This document shows positions 42,018 to 53,449 of a stretch of DNA of 64,000 bases, one piece after another; positions within the stretch are counted from its first letter, which is position 1; every line of letters begins with the position of its first letter. Both the position numbers and the translations under genes were made by a program. The stretch comes from Eledone cirrhosa (taxonomy: Eukaryota): assembly GCA_964016885.1 (NCBI GenBank), contig OZ024742.1:34596001-34660000 (forward strand). Direction: 5' to 3'. The notes under the pieces are model-generated. The model saw only the letters and a list, made by a program, of their open reading frames with translations, was not told where the DNA came from and ran no database searches.

Positions 42018-43522
42018 TAGATACGAGAATTCCTGGGTACTGACGATTGCAATCTTGTTGCTCACTCCAAGAGTGATATGCAACTCATCTCGTTGATTCT
42101 TTCTTGAAAGGAATGCAGCACAATGGACCTATCAATCAGTCTGAAAAAGCCGTGGTGATGTAACAACCAGCACCAGGCAAAGCTTACACTACGCCAAGCA
42201 TATTTGTGTATGGCCAGATATTGAAAGTCATGAACAAGTTTGTATATTTAGGCAGTACTGTAAATAGGACCAATATTCTGGATGATGACATTTCCCTCCG
42301 AATCAACTTTAGTTTCAGCATTTGATTTCCATGGAGACAAAGTTGAAAGTATATAATGCCTGTGGTCTGTCTCCTTTGCTGTATGTGAAGGTGCATGGCT
42401 TAGTGGTTAGAGCATTGGGCTTGCAATCGAATGGTTGTGAGTTCAATTCTCGGACCAGGTGATGTGTTGTTTCCTTGAGCAAGACACTTTATTTCACGTT
42501 GCTCCAGTTTACTCAGTTGTAAAACTGAGATGATAGGACTGGGATCCCTATCATTAAATTAGCCAAGACACCTCCAACGAGATATACCTTGGAGGAGGCC
42601 AGCTAAACCTGCATAGGTGTGAGCTGTCACACACACACACACACACATGGGGAACTTACCGGAGGCATCTCTAAAGGTAGGAGCGCTCTCACCAACAGTG
42701 TCTTCGACTAAGACAGAGTATCCACTGGAAAATGTAAGAGTGATACTGAAGTCATCGAATGCATTCAGAAAATCAGAATAGAGTCTCTCATATTTCAGTA
42801 TCGATTACGATGGAGTGATCATGTGGTGAGAATGGATGGTGATCGCATCCTTAAGCAGTTCCTGTACAGTACGTTAGACGTAGGTAAACGACCAGCGCCC
42901 AAACCGAAATTAAGAAACAAGGATTGCATTAAATGCACATTTATGATGATGAAAATATCGGAGAATGACTGGTAGAACCTCTCTCTCTATATCGCCTTTC
43001 CTGGCGGAAGGCAGTGCACGAGGAGATGGGAAAATTTGAAAGAAACCGCGTTCGGCGTGAGCAGCCCAAGCGGTGTGCTCGTAAGGGCCTTGAGTTCAGG
43101 TTGCCTAAGAATCTTTAAATGCAGATTGATTTAAATTTTAAAGAATGTGGCCCATTATATCTAAGTGAGGCAGGCCTTACAAGTTATCAGAGAAGCTATA
43201 AGGACAAGGATTCTGTCAACTAATTATGCATTGTACGTCATTTTTATTTGCAGGAAATGTAGAAAAGAATGTGCCTCAGTTAGAGGACTGAAACGTCAAA
43301 CGAAAGTACACAAAAGCAGCACTCCAATGTCTATTGCGAGAGGCCCCCATCGTCGCCCCACCTCTGTAAAGTGTGTGGGTCCCTAACAAGACTAAAATGC
43401 TTCATCCGTGCTGCTCATGCTTAAGAAGAGCGTCAAGCAATAGCCTTACTCGAAATCGAATTGCGGCCATCATGTATGCATGCATGAATGTATGTATGCA
43501 TGTATGTATGGATGTGTATGTA
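42018..43522 (+). mobile_element. Decayed RTE-clade LINE (RT C-terminal half, C-terminal zinc fingers, 3' tail), interrupted by a SINE
   Basis: Manual translation across stops and frameshifts: IREFLGTDDCNLVAHSKSDMQ (YADD motif), KFVYLGSTVNRTNILDDDISLRI, TKLKVYNAC..PLLY | TWGTYRRHL..ERSHQQCLR, RLRWSDHVVRMDGDRILKQFLY…GKRPAPKPKLRNKDCIK, FICRKCRKECASVRGLKRQTKVH; ends in (ATGT)n. Confidence 0.9.
42387..42647 (+). mobile_element. tRNA-derived SINE, same family as 21494-21754, inserted into the RTE ORF
   Basis: Colinear with the 21.5-kb copy over ~240 bp; splits the RTE motif LLY(GC)E|TW; (CA)n tail at 42628-42647. Confidence 0.92.
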
Positions 43523-44173
43523 TCCATGGGCCTTAAACTCTTGATAGAGAGAAAAGGCACGCGAGAGATAGAGATATAAAAGAATACTTGGTCCAGTGCT
43601 AGACATCTACTTTATTTATCGATCTCAAAAGGATGAAAAGCATAATTTTCTTCAGTGGGATATGAGCTCAGAGCGCTGGCACAAATACCATATAGAATTC
43701 AATGGAGCCTTATAACGACACATATATGTACAAAAGATGCAGAATCGTCAAATTTCAGAGCAAATATTCAAATGCAAGTAAATAGTTCTCTTATACCTTA
43801 GAAGGTATTGAACTAAGAATGTCATTAGTGAGACTCAAATACATATAATGACAACATGTTCCAGTGTTCTGTAGATATATTTGAGGTCCTACAGTTCATC
43901 TTATGAAAATTCCATAAACATTTTAAGATTGTTTATAATTTGGATGGAATTTTCAGGCTTAGCGAGCAATAAATATACATGAGTCGGTGATTCTACTTCT
44001 GTCGAGTGTTCCAGTTTTTAGAACAACGGAACAGTTTGCTCCGGTAATTAATGTGCAGTTGACTAAAAATCTTACAGAGACATGTAATCTTAACGTCGCT
44101 CTCAGGGAGATTCAGAGTGACAGTGAGTGTAACAAGACTGGTCCTTTGAATATAAAGGTAACACATTTTTGTA

Positions 44174-44322
44174 TAATAATGTTTCTACTTTTGGCACAAG
44201 GCCAGCAATTAGCCCAGTGCATTACTGGTACATTATTTTATCGACCCCCGTAAGGCAAAGTTAACCTGGTGGGATTTGAATTCAGAATGTAAAGGGCCAT
44301 AACTCCATGCTGCAAAGCACGG
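44174..44322 (-). mobile_element. SINE (family with aggttaactttgcc…ggggtcgataaaataa…gtaccagt…ggccttgtgcc tail)
   Basis: Reverse complement matches the plus-strand copies at 51893 and 60588. Confidence 0.8.
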
Positions 44323-44332
44323 TGTTTTTGTA

Positions 44333-44828
44333 TGATAATAATAATATTTTTTATTGGCCACAAACGCCGACATGTAGGGGACAATACAGTAAGAGTGGGG
44401 GTTTACAAAAAAATCGAATAAACTCAAATTAACAAATAGCAATATGCCAAGAAAATTACAAAAAGGAAAATTTCCCAATAGGGGTGAGGAGTACTCAGGG
44501 ATGACTCAGGAACTTCAGCAATCCCGAACCCCTCGACGACCCAAGACCTCCCGACTAGGGCGTCCTTCTCCTCTCCTACAGGCGCATGGTCAGAGGAGGC
44601 CCATTCACATGGATCATCCTCACAACTTTCATCCACGTTTTAGCAAATGTACTGGGTACAGTAATTTCCTCTCCACCTTCACCTTCCTTTCCAAGTGAAA
44701 CTTGAAAAAGTTGATGAAGGTTAGCCGAAGAGAAAGGTTTCTGTAATCAGTCCTTTCAGCCACGTCCACCACACAACCTCTTTCGTTTCAGTCACGAGGC
44801 AGAGGAAAACTGCATGCCCTTCCCGGGC
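44333..44828 (-). mobile_element. 5'-truncated L1/Tx1-like LINE 3' end
   Basis: Minus strand translates REGHAVFLCLVTETKEVVWWTWLKGL…INFFKFHLERKVKVERK…WMKVVRM…MRL*, then a 3' UTR, AATAAA and a (TTA)n tail. Confidence 0.75.
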
Positions 44829-45488
44829 AATGCAATCAGTGGAAATTCCAGTCTAGAGTTCTATAGATGAATAGTGATGGGAAAGTGCGACGACGGTCTC
44901 TGAGAAGTTCTGGGTGTCGGCGAAATCGAACTGACCAGTTTGTTCTGGAGGACTTTCGAGCCGAGGACGATAAATAATCTCCAGAAATCCCTCGATTTTC
45001 AGTGGTACTGGTGGGGGGGGGGGCTGCCAGCTTGAGTTAAACTCAGGCACGGAAGTGAAGTCAGACGGACCTGTTCTTGATGCGCGTAGAACAACGAAAC
45101 CGTTCTGCTCGCACTCGTCCAGCGTCCATGTATTACTGACTTGTGGAGTTATTCCGAACAGCTGTTATCCCATGTAGGAAGTTGGATTCAACTATGAGTC
45201 CATCGTCAATATCGTCCCACCGCCCTCATTTGGCTGGAAAAGGCAAGCCTTTATCCTCTGTCTAATGACTGTGGTGGACGAGGCTGAAAGGGCTGAAGAC
45301 AGACACTTTCCTCTTCGACCAATCACTCATCAACCTTTTCAAATTTCACTTCGAATGGAAAGAGGGAAATACTCTTGGAGCCTCGGGTGGTTTAGGATTT
45401 GTGGAGTTCCTAAGTCACCCCTAGGTAGTCCTCCCCCGCTATTGGGGAACCTTTTTGTTATACATTTTGTTCTTAATTCTTACCTGTT
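44823..45488 (+). mobile_element. Decayed L1/Tx1-like LINE ORF2 C-terminal fragment
   Basis: Translates …NNLQKSL…LP..KLRHG…TCS*CA*NNETVLLALVQRPCITDLW (degenerate CCHC knuckle)…WWTRLKGLKTDTFLFDQSLINLFKFHF; 3' UTR similar to the minus-strand copy. Confidence 0.75.
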
Positions 45489-45555
45489 ATATATATATAT
45501 ATATATATATACAAAACTGGAATTCTATAAGAATGCAGCTTCTATAATTTTCGTC

Positions 45556-45626
45556 GAAGGCAGGGGAGTATGTGTCTCTGATGAACGCCAATCAGCGTGA
45601 AACAGGGTGTCAGCTGCTCTCCCTTC
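45556..45626 (+). ncRNA. Type I hammerhead ribozyme motif
   Basis: CUGAUGA 45578-45584; stem II ACGC/GCGU with CAAUCA loop; GAAA; stem III ACA/UGU; GUC site at 45611. Stem I is CU/AG plus a distal GGGGAG/CUCUCC helix. Confidence 0.75.
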
Positions 45627-45810
45627 TTTCGCAGAAAAGAAGTAAGTGACATAGTCACTACTTTAAAACTGATAACTAACTATTTTTAATTAAACATACG
45701 GTATATTGCCAAATATTTTACATACATTACCCTCTTCCTGCTATATCAAGCGTTAACCTAATATATACCTTCCATATACTGTACCGATTGTGTTGTCATT
45801 TCTATTTACC

Positions 45811-45914
<104 letters not shown>

Positions 45915-46675
45915 ACGGAAAAAATGAAACGAAATTTCATTTCCCACTCTTAGTACGGCTGTTACCTAAATATAAGTATGTACACGTACATACATATATG
46001 TATACAGACGTACAGTAGCATGTATATATATATACATACATGCACACATATATATATGTACGTATGGATTCACCGAACATTTATTATAATGCTCGGTGTG
46101 TTCGTAAATAAACATCCCGTATTAAGCCGTAGTGTCTAGCAACCATCGTTGCTCGTTTATATATATATATATGTTTTGCTTATGTTCTTTATCTATTTGT
46201 TTTGTTTGGGCAACGGTTTGGCATTCGAACACATGTTTTTTAGGACGTCGAACACATGTTTTTGTTCCGAGTATTTACGTTCTGAGTATATAGCCCGCCC
46301 AAGTCACATTTGTATTTCAACCTTCAGAGGTCGCTAAAGTAAAATAATACTGAAATACTGGGGTCGATTTAATCGACTTTCCCAGTCCCCATACAATTTC
46401 TACATTATGCCTACGTTAGAATCCATTGTGAATATTTCCAAAATTTCCGTGAAAGTTTTAATATAGACACATACTCACCACACATATATATTCATTTTAT
46501 TCTTTACTCTGTACTGTTTTGGTTATTAGACAGCAGCTAAGCTTCGATAAAGACTTGATTTAGTTGATCATATTGACCTTAGTATTTATTTTGTCCAATA
46601 TGGTACTTATTCAATCGATATATCTACATACACATATATAATTATGTTTCTATGAATATATGTATAGCTACATTT

Positions 46676-46726
<51 letters not shown>

Positions 46727-46829
46727 GAGATTAATATCTCCACAGGTACTAAGTACCCACGGAAATATATAGGGTGTCTATAATACAGTTGTTGTTCAAT
46801 TGTATTAATTAGAGATACCAGAACTATAA

Positions 46830-47043
46830 AATTGAGATGAGCTGAACAAATAAATTTTAAATATTCTTTTAAAATATATTAAAAGACAATTTAAATATTC
46901 ACCTATCCAAATTGCTTTTACCGACGGTTTCGCCTCACAAAGGATTGGGAATCCAAAGCAATTTGGATAGGTGAATATTTAAATTGTATTTTAATTTATT
47001 TTAAAAGAATGTTTAAAATTTACTTGTTCAGCTCATCTCAATT
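46830..47043. repeat. 89-bp inverted repeat with 36-bp spacer holding the 3' half of a hammerhead (minus strand)
   Basis: Arms 46830-46918 and 46955-47043. The minus-strand spacer reads ggattcccaatcctttgtgaggcGAAACCGUCgg. Confidence 0.85.
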
Positions 47044-47260
47044 ATGTATATATATATATATATTGGTATATATGTATATATATATATATGTGTGTGTGTA
47101 TGTATATATATATAATATATATATATAATATATAATATATATATATATAATATATATACACAATATATATATATATATTATATATTATATATATATACAT
47201 ACACACATATGTATATATGTACCAATATATATATATATATATATATATACATACCAATAA

Positions 47261-47319
<59 letters not shown>
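47044..47319. repeat. Interrupted (TA)n tract with internal fold-back symmetry
   Basis: tattggta…tgtgtgtatgta (47060-47105) is mirrored by tacatacacaca…taccaata (47195-47227). Confidence 0.85.
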
Positions 47320-47321
<2 letters not shown>

Positions 47322-47720
47322 AATGGAAGTAAGGCATAATCGAAGCTCTGGCTGCAGCTAAGTTAACGAATGCAATCGGAATGTGCAGCTAAGTACATAA
47401 TAAGCTATTTTACCTTAGAGTAATAATATTACGTTTAGATAGCTTTGTAAATTGAAGATAGCGACCCTAAGCCAGCCACAGGGACCAAAGCAACGAGAAA
47501 ACTGACTCAGGTAAATATGAAAAACCTGAACCATCCCGTCGATATTATGCAATATCTCCGCTAGGTTTCTATAAATCCGAAATCAACAAAAGCCACTTGC
47601 GGGGCATGCAAGTATGCAAGTAATTGGTTTTGGAAGATCGAACAGAGGATTCACTTTATATATATTGGTATATATATATATATATATATATATAGATGTG
47701 TGCGTGTGTGCGTGTGTATA

Positions 47721-47766
<46 letters not shown>

Positions 47767-48374
47767 ACATAAACAGAGAAAGCCTTAAGCGATACTCCGA
47801 CCAACTCCATTTATATATATAACTCCATATATATATATATACACACAAATCTTTCACAGATGAGTGGTACGGTATATCTTATTGCTTTATTACCTTATAA
47901 CCAGAGCCATACAATTTTAGATATGATTGATATAAAATTGAAAATAAAGCTTTGTTCCTCTTCCTGCAGCTATTCAAAGAAACCAATATATCTCAGATTC
48001 TAGTTGAAGAAATTTACTCAGGAAAAATAACTTTCGTTATATTGATGGGGAAAAAGCATGTATTTTTACTGTTATATATAGCATAGCTCTAACTTGTAAA
48101 CCTACCAGAAATAGTTGATGTCTATATATTATTTAGATCTTTGTTTCGACAATACATGGTATTGACTGATGATGAATTGTCATCTTCCCAGCATCGTTTT
48201 CCAATACCGTCAACACTACATTTCAGTCATCATCATCAGCAGCAGCGTTATCATCGTTATCATCGTTTTTACGTCAATGTTTCCAAGCTGGCATGGTTTG
48301 GGCAACACATTTTGAGAGGCACGAATGCGCTTCGTGACCCTAACACGGTAAGTAACAGTTAGAATCCAGTGTCA

Positions 48375-48670
48375 TCAAAAGGCATGGTTAATAAATATAT
48401 ACATATATATCAGGCCACAACACAATGGAACCAAACTTCCATTGCCATTGCCTCCGTCTCTCCCGCTCTCCCCATCTCACAACGCATATAATGAAAATAT
48501 CTCTGAGAATTACATAACAACCATATATGATATATCAATACAGACGGAGAATGAGATCAAATTTAATCGACCTGACATTGTAGTCAAAGGGGTAGAAAAA
48601 GAAATGCTGTCTGATCGATGGATCTGTTCCAATATGATAATATACCTGTCAAAGAAAGGGAGAAATAAAC
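48375..48670 (+). mobile_element. Decayed R4/Dong-like non-LTR element, restriction-like endonuclease fragment
   Basis: TIYDISIQTENEIKFNRPDIVVK then, after a frameshift, KCCLIDGSVP..NIPVKEREK; matches the WD..I.TD..I..NRPDIV…LID…P…KE.EK RLE motif. Confidence 0.75.
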
Positions 48671-48988
48671 CCACAGTACTAATAGCTGATCTCTATAAAT
48701 AACAGTGAAGAGAAACGGATCAAGTAACCCTGGATACGATGTCCAATTTCTTGCAGATACCCTGGTCCATATATTCCCCTCAGCAGGTGTTACTTTGACT
48801 GATTTTCTCATCTATTGTGCATCGTGATTGACTGTTTATTTTCATGGTCATTTGCATTAGGACGCATATGTTTCAAATTTCCCCAACATTTCTTTTGTCA
48901 ATCGTTATTTACACGTGTAATTTTAAGCGTGTAACTAGAAAGTTACACGCTTAAAATCTTTAAAAATAGACGGAACCTGTGACCAGCG

Positions 48989-49058
48989 GCTCTTTAGCGT
49001 AGATGTTAATACACTCACCCGGCATCCGAAAGATACAGAGTTCGATTCCTCGCAGGCA
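48989..49058 (+). pseudogene. tRNA-like sequence or SINE head, not a clean cloverleaf
   Basis: A-box-like tagcgtagatg and B-box gagttcgattcc; acceptor and anticodon stems do not pair properly. Confidence 0.5.
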
Positions 49059-49920
49059 TTTTTGCTTATATATTTTCCTTTTCCGGGGTACTTTACCAAA
49101 TTTTCTCAACTATCATTTATAGAAATCGACAATTATAATGGTTATTTGCGTTTGGAGCACATTTCAAATTTCAATAATAACAAGTAGAATTTTAATTCAG
49201 ACAACATGTCAACAATTTTCAGGAAAGGGAATAGTCGAATAAATTAACTTCATTACTAGAGAGCTACTATACTTTATCGACTGCAGAAAGATAAAAGGCA
49301 ATATTGATTTTAGGGTGATTTCTACTCGGTCAGAATGTAAAAGGAAAGGTATTTTGGCCATCGCTCTAACGACCATGCGACGCTTGAACTGCATATGCAT
49401 ATTAACAGATGTTTAAATATATATGTGCATATATTCCATATAAAGATCATTTGTATAAGTGTATACATGCACATATACGCATTTTGTATTTTTATTAACG
49501 TGTCTAACTACTCTAAAAGGTTAATGAATGTAAAACAAGCCTGCTTTTCCTCATAGACACTAAGTGCATAACTATGCTGTATGGATATCTCACCATCCAT
49601 ATTTCTAAATGCGTACATGTGTTGTAATACGGTAAAATAAACTCGTTTGCCCTAATCTTTGATACTTGGCAATAACGACCCCTATAAAAGATTTTATGAA
49701 ATGTTACGTTACATTCCAAAACATTTGAACCATCCACCAGCTACCTGAAAGATTTATCCAAACACATAAAATATCATGCAACTTCGTTATTGTAGCAGAT
49801 GACTCTAATAAAGATTTATGCTGATTGGATCGATCCGTTAGAAATAGTGATAACACCCCTAAACTAAAAAATTGAAGTACAGCATATTATCGCATAATCC
49901 TCCTTATAATCTTGAGATAA

Positions 49921-49921
<1 letters not shown>

Positions 49922-50014
<93 letters not shown>
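49922..50014. repeat. (TA)n(GA)n compound microsatellite
   Basis: Directly visible; same arrangement at 51379-51479. Confidence 0.95.
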
Positions 50015-50018
<4 letters not shown>

Positions 50019-50227
50019 TGTGTTTAAGTATCGAGAGAGAAAAAAAAGGAAAGATAGGCGATATATATATTTAGTTGCCAATAGTTTTGGCAAATGTGCT
50101 CAATACTTGTGCCTACAGGGTTAAATATTAGAAGCGTCAATATTTAGTGGGCGAGAAAATAAGCAGAGCGGTTACAAGTGAAATGAATACAAAGGAGTAA
50201 ATACAGTTAAAACATGTTTATATAACA

Positions 50228-50272
50228 ATGCACCTACGTATGTTTCGCCCAGAACGGCCTTTTCAAGGGCAT
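50228..50272 (-). ncRNA. Degenerate inverted copy of the U3-A8 hammerhead
   Basis: Minus strand: AUGCCC UUGAAAA GGCC GUUCU GGGC GAAAC AUAC GUA GGUGCAU; one stem II mismatch. Confidence 0.55.
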
Positions 50273-50598
50273 AGAAACCAAAAAAATGATCAGTACGCAA
50301 CCCAGGAGGGGTTTTAAGGTTAAATTCACATCAGAGTCCATTCTTCGTTTAAGTACGTGTTGTTATTGGCACAGAACAGGGGGAGTAACTCCGGCCGGTG
50401 CTTGAATAATCTTGTCCCACTGGTTTTTTTACCCGTTCACAAGGTGGTGTTTTGCGTTATTATTTTGTGGGTGCTGCTTTACTAATGCCGGTTCGAGCCG
50501 GGTCTGGGGTGCATATTTAGTTCACAGATGTTTGTTTGCGCCGCCTGTCCACTGGAGTGTTATGGTTTAGGCAGGGGGACCCATTTTATTTGGTTTCT

Positions 50599-50643
50599 AT
50601 GCCCTTGAGAAGCCCGTTCTGGGCGAAACGTACGTAGGTGCAT
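50599..50643 (+). ncRNA. Type I hammerhead ribozyme, U3-A8 core variant
   Basis: AUGCCC-UUGAGAA-GCCC(GUUCU)GGGC-GAAAC(GUAC)GUA-GGUGCAU. Stem I is 6 bp with one bulge, stem II 4 bp, stem III the palindrome ACGUACGU; predicted cleavage after 50636. Confidence 0.75.
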
Positions 50644-50723
50644 TGTTATATAAACATGTTTTAACGGTATATACTCCTTTGTATTCATTTCTTTTATATA
50701 TATATATATATATATATAATACA

Positions 50724-50961
50724 GGGACTAGTGGTTTCTCCTACATTGCGTTTATTGGTTGGTGATGCGCGTTTCGCAACTGATCATCTTAAGGTTCGAT
50801 CTGTATCGATCTAGCCCGACTATGGAATCAAAAGCTTGAGGTCCGACGAGCTTTTGATGCCAAAGTCGGGCTAGATCGATACAGATCGAACATTGAGCTG
50901 ATCACTAGCGAAACGCACGTCACCAACCAATAAACCTAATGAAGGAGTAACCATTCGTCCT
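50724..50961. repeat. ~115-bp imperfect fold-back hairpin next to (TA)n
   Basis: Arms 50724-50838 and 50847-50961, 8-nt loop; the right arm contains gcGAAACgcacGUCacc. Confidence 0.85.
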
Positions 50962-51068
50962 CGAGGTTAACTTTACCTTTCATCCGTAAGGGGTCGATGA
51001 AATGAAGTACCAGTAATGTACTAGGTAATTGCTGGCCTTGTGCCAAAAGTAGAAACAATTATTATATT
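50962..51068 (+). mobile_element. SINE 3' half
   Basis: gaggttaactttacctttcatccgtaaggggtcgat…gtaccagt…ggccttgtgcc…agaaacaattattatt. Confidence 0.8.
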
Positions 51069-51163
51069 ACACTCTGTCTAGCTCTACACCTTGATACTGA
51101 CGTGAACCTAAACATTGAATGCTCACCCCGTTGAACCAACAGTAACTCCACATTACACTCCCT

Positions 51164-51244
<81 letters not shown>

Positions 51245-51375
51245 AGAAAGTGAGATTTTTTTTACAAAATGAAAAATAACCGAGGTGTCCTACTCGAGTG
51301 AAAGTATAAAGAAAAAAAGATGAAATCGAAAATGCAACTGGAGTCTTATTTAAAAAAATATATATATATTTATTT

Positions 51376-51483
<108 letters not shown>

Positions 51484-51892
51484 TAGATAGAAAGTTTCTA
51501 ATCTTTAGACATAACAATTTTATAGTCAGTAGAGCGTTTAAAAACCACAATACTAAGGTCGGTTAGTTTACTACTGGTAACTTTTTCTGTCGAATATCCA
51601 CTGGCAGTATTCTGCTATTCATAATTGTTTCTACTTTAGGCACAAGGCCTGCTATTCATAATACTACTCAGTTGTAAACCATATGTTATATCTTATAAAC
51701 GGTAACCTTTACAATATATTGCACACACGTGCCACCCGTAGATCTACCGATTGTTAATGCATCGATCGTATTAAAGGTTAACCTTTCAACTCTCCTCCTC
51801 CGACGGGGTGATCTCCCACCCCCTTTGGGAGTGGGTGAGAGATATCTTCTCTTGGGAAAATGGGTATAGCTTTCATTATATATACTCTCCCA

Positions 51893-52104
51893 GGGCGGTG
51901 GATTGGCAGTATCCTTAGAGAGTCGGACACCATGCTTTGCAACATAGAGTTACGGTCCTTTATTATCTGAGTTCAAATCGCGCCGAGGTTAACTTTGCCT
52001 TTCATCTTCACGTGGTCGATAAAATAAAGTACCAGTCACGCATTGGGGTCGATTTAATCTCTTTTCCTTCCCCCCAAATTCCTGGCCTTGTGCCTATATA
52101 AGAA
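51893..52104 (+). mobile_element. tRNA-derived SINE, near full length
   Basis: A-box tggcagtatccttagag, B-box gagttcaaatc; body and tail shared with 60588-60816 and 60828-61012. Confidence 0.85.
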
Positions 52105-52943
52105 TTCTTTATATATAATCTCCCGATTTTGCTTTATTTCTCCCCGTTTTGGCGGCACATTTTTTTCCTGGTACCCCTCGTTTCGTATTTTAGAGGTTGG
52201 CAGGCCTGTAACGGTGAATCTGTTAATATTGAGGTAGTACTCGATAATTTCATTTTCATGAATTAACCCAGTAAAGCTGAGACTAATTTGCCGAAATATT
52301 TTATGGTTTTGAGAAATGTTATTACATATTGATAATATACATATATTATATATATGTATTTCCAGCTTATATTTTACAGGAAAACACTTGTAACTATTAT
52401 ACAAAAACACAATAGACTTACTACAATTGCAGTATGCGATCAATTTTTTTATAAATGTTTGTAACTTTTCATAATTAATTTATGCTGTCACCTTTAATAC
52501 TTCACAATTATCGTTTTAATTCTTCTTCGCTCCATTCCTAACGTCTGTTATTATCCTTAATAAACAAATCGCTAGATATATATTCTTTAATATAACATAT
52601 ATAATAATGTTTTCCTCTTTATGCTTTTTCTTTAACTCTTCCACTTTCAATCTCCTTCATCATTGTCTAAATAGACATTTTAAAAATATTTAATCGATAG
52701 CTATTTTAGAATTTTTAATTTAATTTTCTTAAATTATTATCTTTTTTTCTTCTTCCTACCAATCTTGTCTTTTCTTCCTTTTCTTTTGTTTTCCGCGTTT
52801 GATTTTCTCTTTTCATTATTTTGTCATATTTTTTTTTTTTATTATTCTTTATACTTCAGTCTTCAAAGTTCCAATATGTAACTGTTTTCACCAATAACAC
52901 TATCAATTTCCAACAACTAATAACTCTACGTGTTTACTTCTTG

Positions 52944-53449
52944 TCTATAGACATAAATGGCAATTTCTGTCTGTTTGTTTGTTTGTGAACCTAAAACTAA
53001 ACTCAAAATCTACCAAACCGATCTTGATGAAACTTGACACGCGTGTGGGGGCTCATGCCTAATTCATTTCCTACGTATATTTCATTTTAATCAAACGGTT
53101 CCTCCGGGGCTCAAAGCCCCGCTGAAAAATTTTCCCTTCGGTTTATATGAAATTTAAACCATAGGTAAATGACAAGATATGATGCCTATTCACAAAATTT
53201 CAGCAATGAAACCCCCTAATGGGGGTTCTATTTTTTCCCTTATAGCAACACTCAACTTCTCTGACAAACATTTTTTCGCCTAATCAATCAACAATATTTG
53301 TTTGTATTATTGTTTCGTAAATGAATTTGTCTTCGCTTTTGATTATTTGTCCTATATTTTGATTTCATTTTTGATCTGAGAGGCATCGGGCATTTTAATG
53401 GGAAATGGGAATATCCCCGCTCCTGGGTATTACCGGGTACCTCAACTAG
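52944..53449 (+). mobile_element. Non-autonomous Helitron
   Basis: 5' TCTATA followed by (TGTT)n; internal accgatcttgatgaaactt motif; 3' GC hairpin cctgggtattaccggg (53422-53437) and a CTAG|T terminus. Confidence 0.7.

Larger units (their letters stand above)
50180..50691 (+). mobile_element. Penelope-like fragment with inverted ~110-bp terminal repeats carrying hammerheads, abutting (TA)n
   Basis: Arms 50180-50288 and 50582-50691 are reverse complements; each has a hammerhead motif. Confidence 0.7.
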
